Source: a virus | Taxonomy: Duplodnaviria; Caudoviricetes | Length of the DNA stretch: 43,807 nt | Direction: 5' to 3' (one strand) | Virus record (IMG/VR): IMGVR_UViG_3300049141_000046 | Location: 1 to 43,807 of that record | Shown here: positions 42,461 through 43,807 of the stretch, piece by piece | Layout: the number at the start of each line of letters is the position of its first letter | Position numbering within the stretch: the first letter of the stretch is position 1 | Program-made: the position numbers and the translations under genes | Notes under the pieces: generated by a model | What the model saw: only the letters and a program-made list of their open reading frames with translations | What the model was told of the DNA's origin: nothing | Database searches by the model: none

Positions 42461-43807
42461 CACCGCCTCGTTCCGACGATCTGCTTCCGCGCCAGCCCGC
42501 CACCCATCGAACCCTGACCGTGCAGGATCGTGCTCACCAGATCCATATGCCACGGCCCCCACACCATCGCGTCCAGCCGGTCAGGCGACCAGCCCAGTTC
42601 CGGATACCAGGTACACAACTGGTCCTCCATCTCAGGGAACACCCCCGCGTGATGCCAACGGCCCGTCGCCGACAGCGCCGCCACCGGCTGCGCACGGATC
42701 GCCTTCCCCTGCGTGGCCCTCACCTTCCGCACCGGGATATCCACACCCTCCTTCTCCAGCGCTGTGTGAATGACCGCGATCGCCTGGTCCCCGCCGTAGT
42801 TCACCTCAACGCAGATGTCATCGGCCTCCCAATCCACCGCGGCCCGCACCGCACGCTGCCCCCATCCGTCCGGCGGGAGCTGGCACGAACGGTCGTCGAG
42901 GACGAACCCGTGATGCTGCGGACGCTGAGTAGTCGCGGGTGCTGGCCCATCCGGATCAGGCGCCGGCCCGGGCAGCGCGCCCGGCAGGAAGAGCCCGGAC
43001 TTCGCGGTGACGACGATGCCTTGCTCTCCGGCACCGCCTGACGGGTCGACGCCGACGGTACGGCGGATCAGGCCGGGCAGCTCGTCCAACGTGATGCGGG
43101 AGGCGGCGATGGCCTGACGGCGCCACAGGGCATTTTTGATCTCGTCGAGGACGCGGCCGTACAGCTCCTGCTCGCCAAGGTCGGTGCCAGCGTAGGCGTC
43201 TTCGAGCATGTCCCGGATGTGCTGCGGGAGGTGCGGGTTGTCGTACATCGTCGCCGTGGTGGTGACGACCCCGGGAATCTCGCCGCGCATGAGCCGCTTC
43301 AGGAGTGGCTTTGGCTTCGGAGTGGTCGAGGCGACCCAGTGGGGGCGCGGCCCGGAGCGGAGGCCGAAGCGGAGCTGGTCGAACGACTCCTGCATGTACC
43401 GCCAGGCCGCGAACTCCTCTAGCCAGGCGACGCACGTGTTGCCGCCGGCGCGCAGGCGCTCAACGTCCTCAGGCGAGTTGGCACCGTACAGCTTGGCCTG
43501 CGATCCGTTCGGCCAGCGGACGACCGTGCCGCCCGCCGTGGTGATCGGGCCTACGGCGGTGGGGTCGTGGGCTTTGATGCCGGACGGCCCGGCGACGCAG
43601 GCGGTGACGGCGTCGCCTTGGGTGGGGGCGATGATGCCGACCCAGTGCGGGACCGGGCCGGGCAGGCAGGGCGGTCCGGCGACGTGGCGTGCGACGTATT
43701 CGGCGCAGGCGTCGGTCTTTCCGGCGCCGCGGCCTGCCAGGAGGAGCCAGCCATACCAGTCGCCGGGGGGTGGGTTCTGGTGCGGGAGGGGTTTCCAGCG
43801 TGGGGTG
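42460..43807 (-). CDS. terL: terminase large subunit (5' end outside the window)
   Basis: Frame open to the window end: Walker A AGRGAGKT, Walker B WLEE, STTP; nuclease GVDP and SPDRLDA. Confidence 0.93.
   Translation of the reverse strand, partial: TPRWKPLPHQNPPPGDWYGWLLLAGRGAGKTDACAEYVARHVAGPPCLPGPVPHWVGIIAPTQGDAVTACVAGPSGIKAHDPTAVGPITTAGGTVVRWPNGSQAKLYGANSPEDVERLRAGGNTCVAWLEEFAAWRYMQESFDQLRFGLRSGPRPHWVASTTPKPKPLLKRLMRGEIPGVVTTTATMYDNPHLPQHIRDMLEDAYAGTDLGEQELYGRVLDEIKNALWRRQAIAASRITLDELPGLIRRTVGVDPSGGAGEQGIVVTAKSGLFLPGALPGPAPDPDGPAPATTQRPQHHGFVLDDRSCQLPPDGWGQRAVRAAVDWEADDICVEVNYGGDQAIAVIHTALEKEGVDIPVRKVRATQGKAIRAQPVAALSATGRWHHAGVFPEMEDQLCTWYPELGWSPDRLDAMVWGPWHMDLVSTILHGQGSMGGGLARKQIVGTRR

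Noticed and set aside
1-43807. Many long alternative-frame and antisense ORFs in the track (e.g. 34063-36861 +, 22280-24109 +, 35183-36904 -)
   Set aside because: Arg/Pro/Gly-rich or antisense shadows of real high-GC genes, with no motifs or RBS.
1-43807. CRISPR array, reverse transcriptase/DGR, invertase shufflon, IS element
   Set aside because: No spaced direct repeats, RT motifs, second recombinase or transposase seen. The tail paralogs do not show adenine-specific TR/VR differences.

Overview
The window is most of a high-GC temperate actinophage genome, very likely from Streptomyces (siphovirus). Phage genes lie on both sides of a tRNA-Arg(CCT) 3'-half core next to a tyrosine integrase, so this looks like an intact attP (virion or excised form). 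From left to right: (1) minus-strand early operon, 38-9635 (WhiB, C5 methyltransferase, RuvC-like, DEDDh exonuclease, RecE/SSAP-like pair, HNH, excisionase, Cro-like); (2) repressor, integrase and attP, 9905-12240; (3) accessory block, 12240-16450 (structured noncoding DNA, XRE, DUF6415-like, XRE-TPR, HAD); (4) split lysis module with a glycosyltransferase, a second WhiB and an antisense endonuclease VII; (5) minus-strand tail, head, portal and terminase genes, with the terminase cut by the window end. Main unexplained signals: a repeated fixed-spacing promoter-like motif (CCGGAAYG..TANNNT) upstream of late genes; a candidate structured ncRNA behind one copy just before the portal; convergent structured RNAs beside attP under a palindromic operator; a 2H-phosphoesterase/MuF/protease head fusion with an internal promoter and RBS; and a tail gene apparently split in frame by a HylP-like tail-fibre cassette. 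All family calls come from motif recognition by eye; no searches or folding were run.
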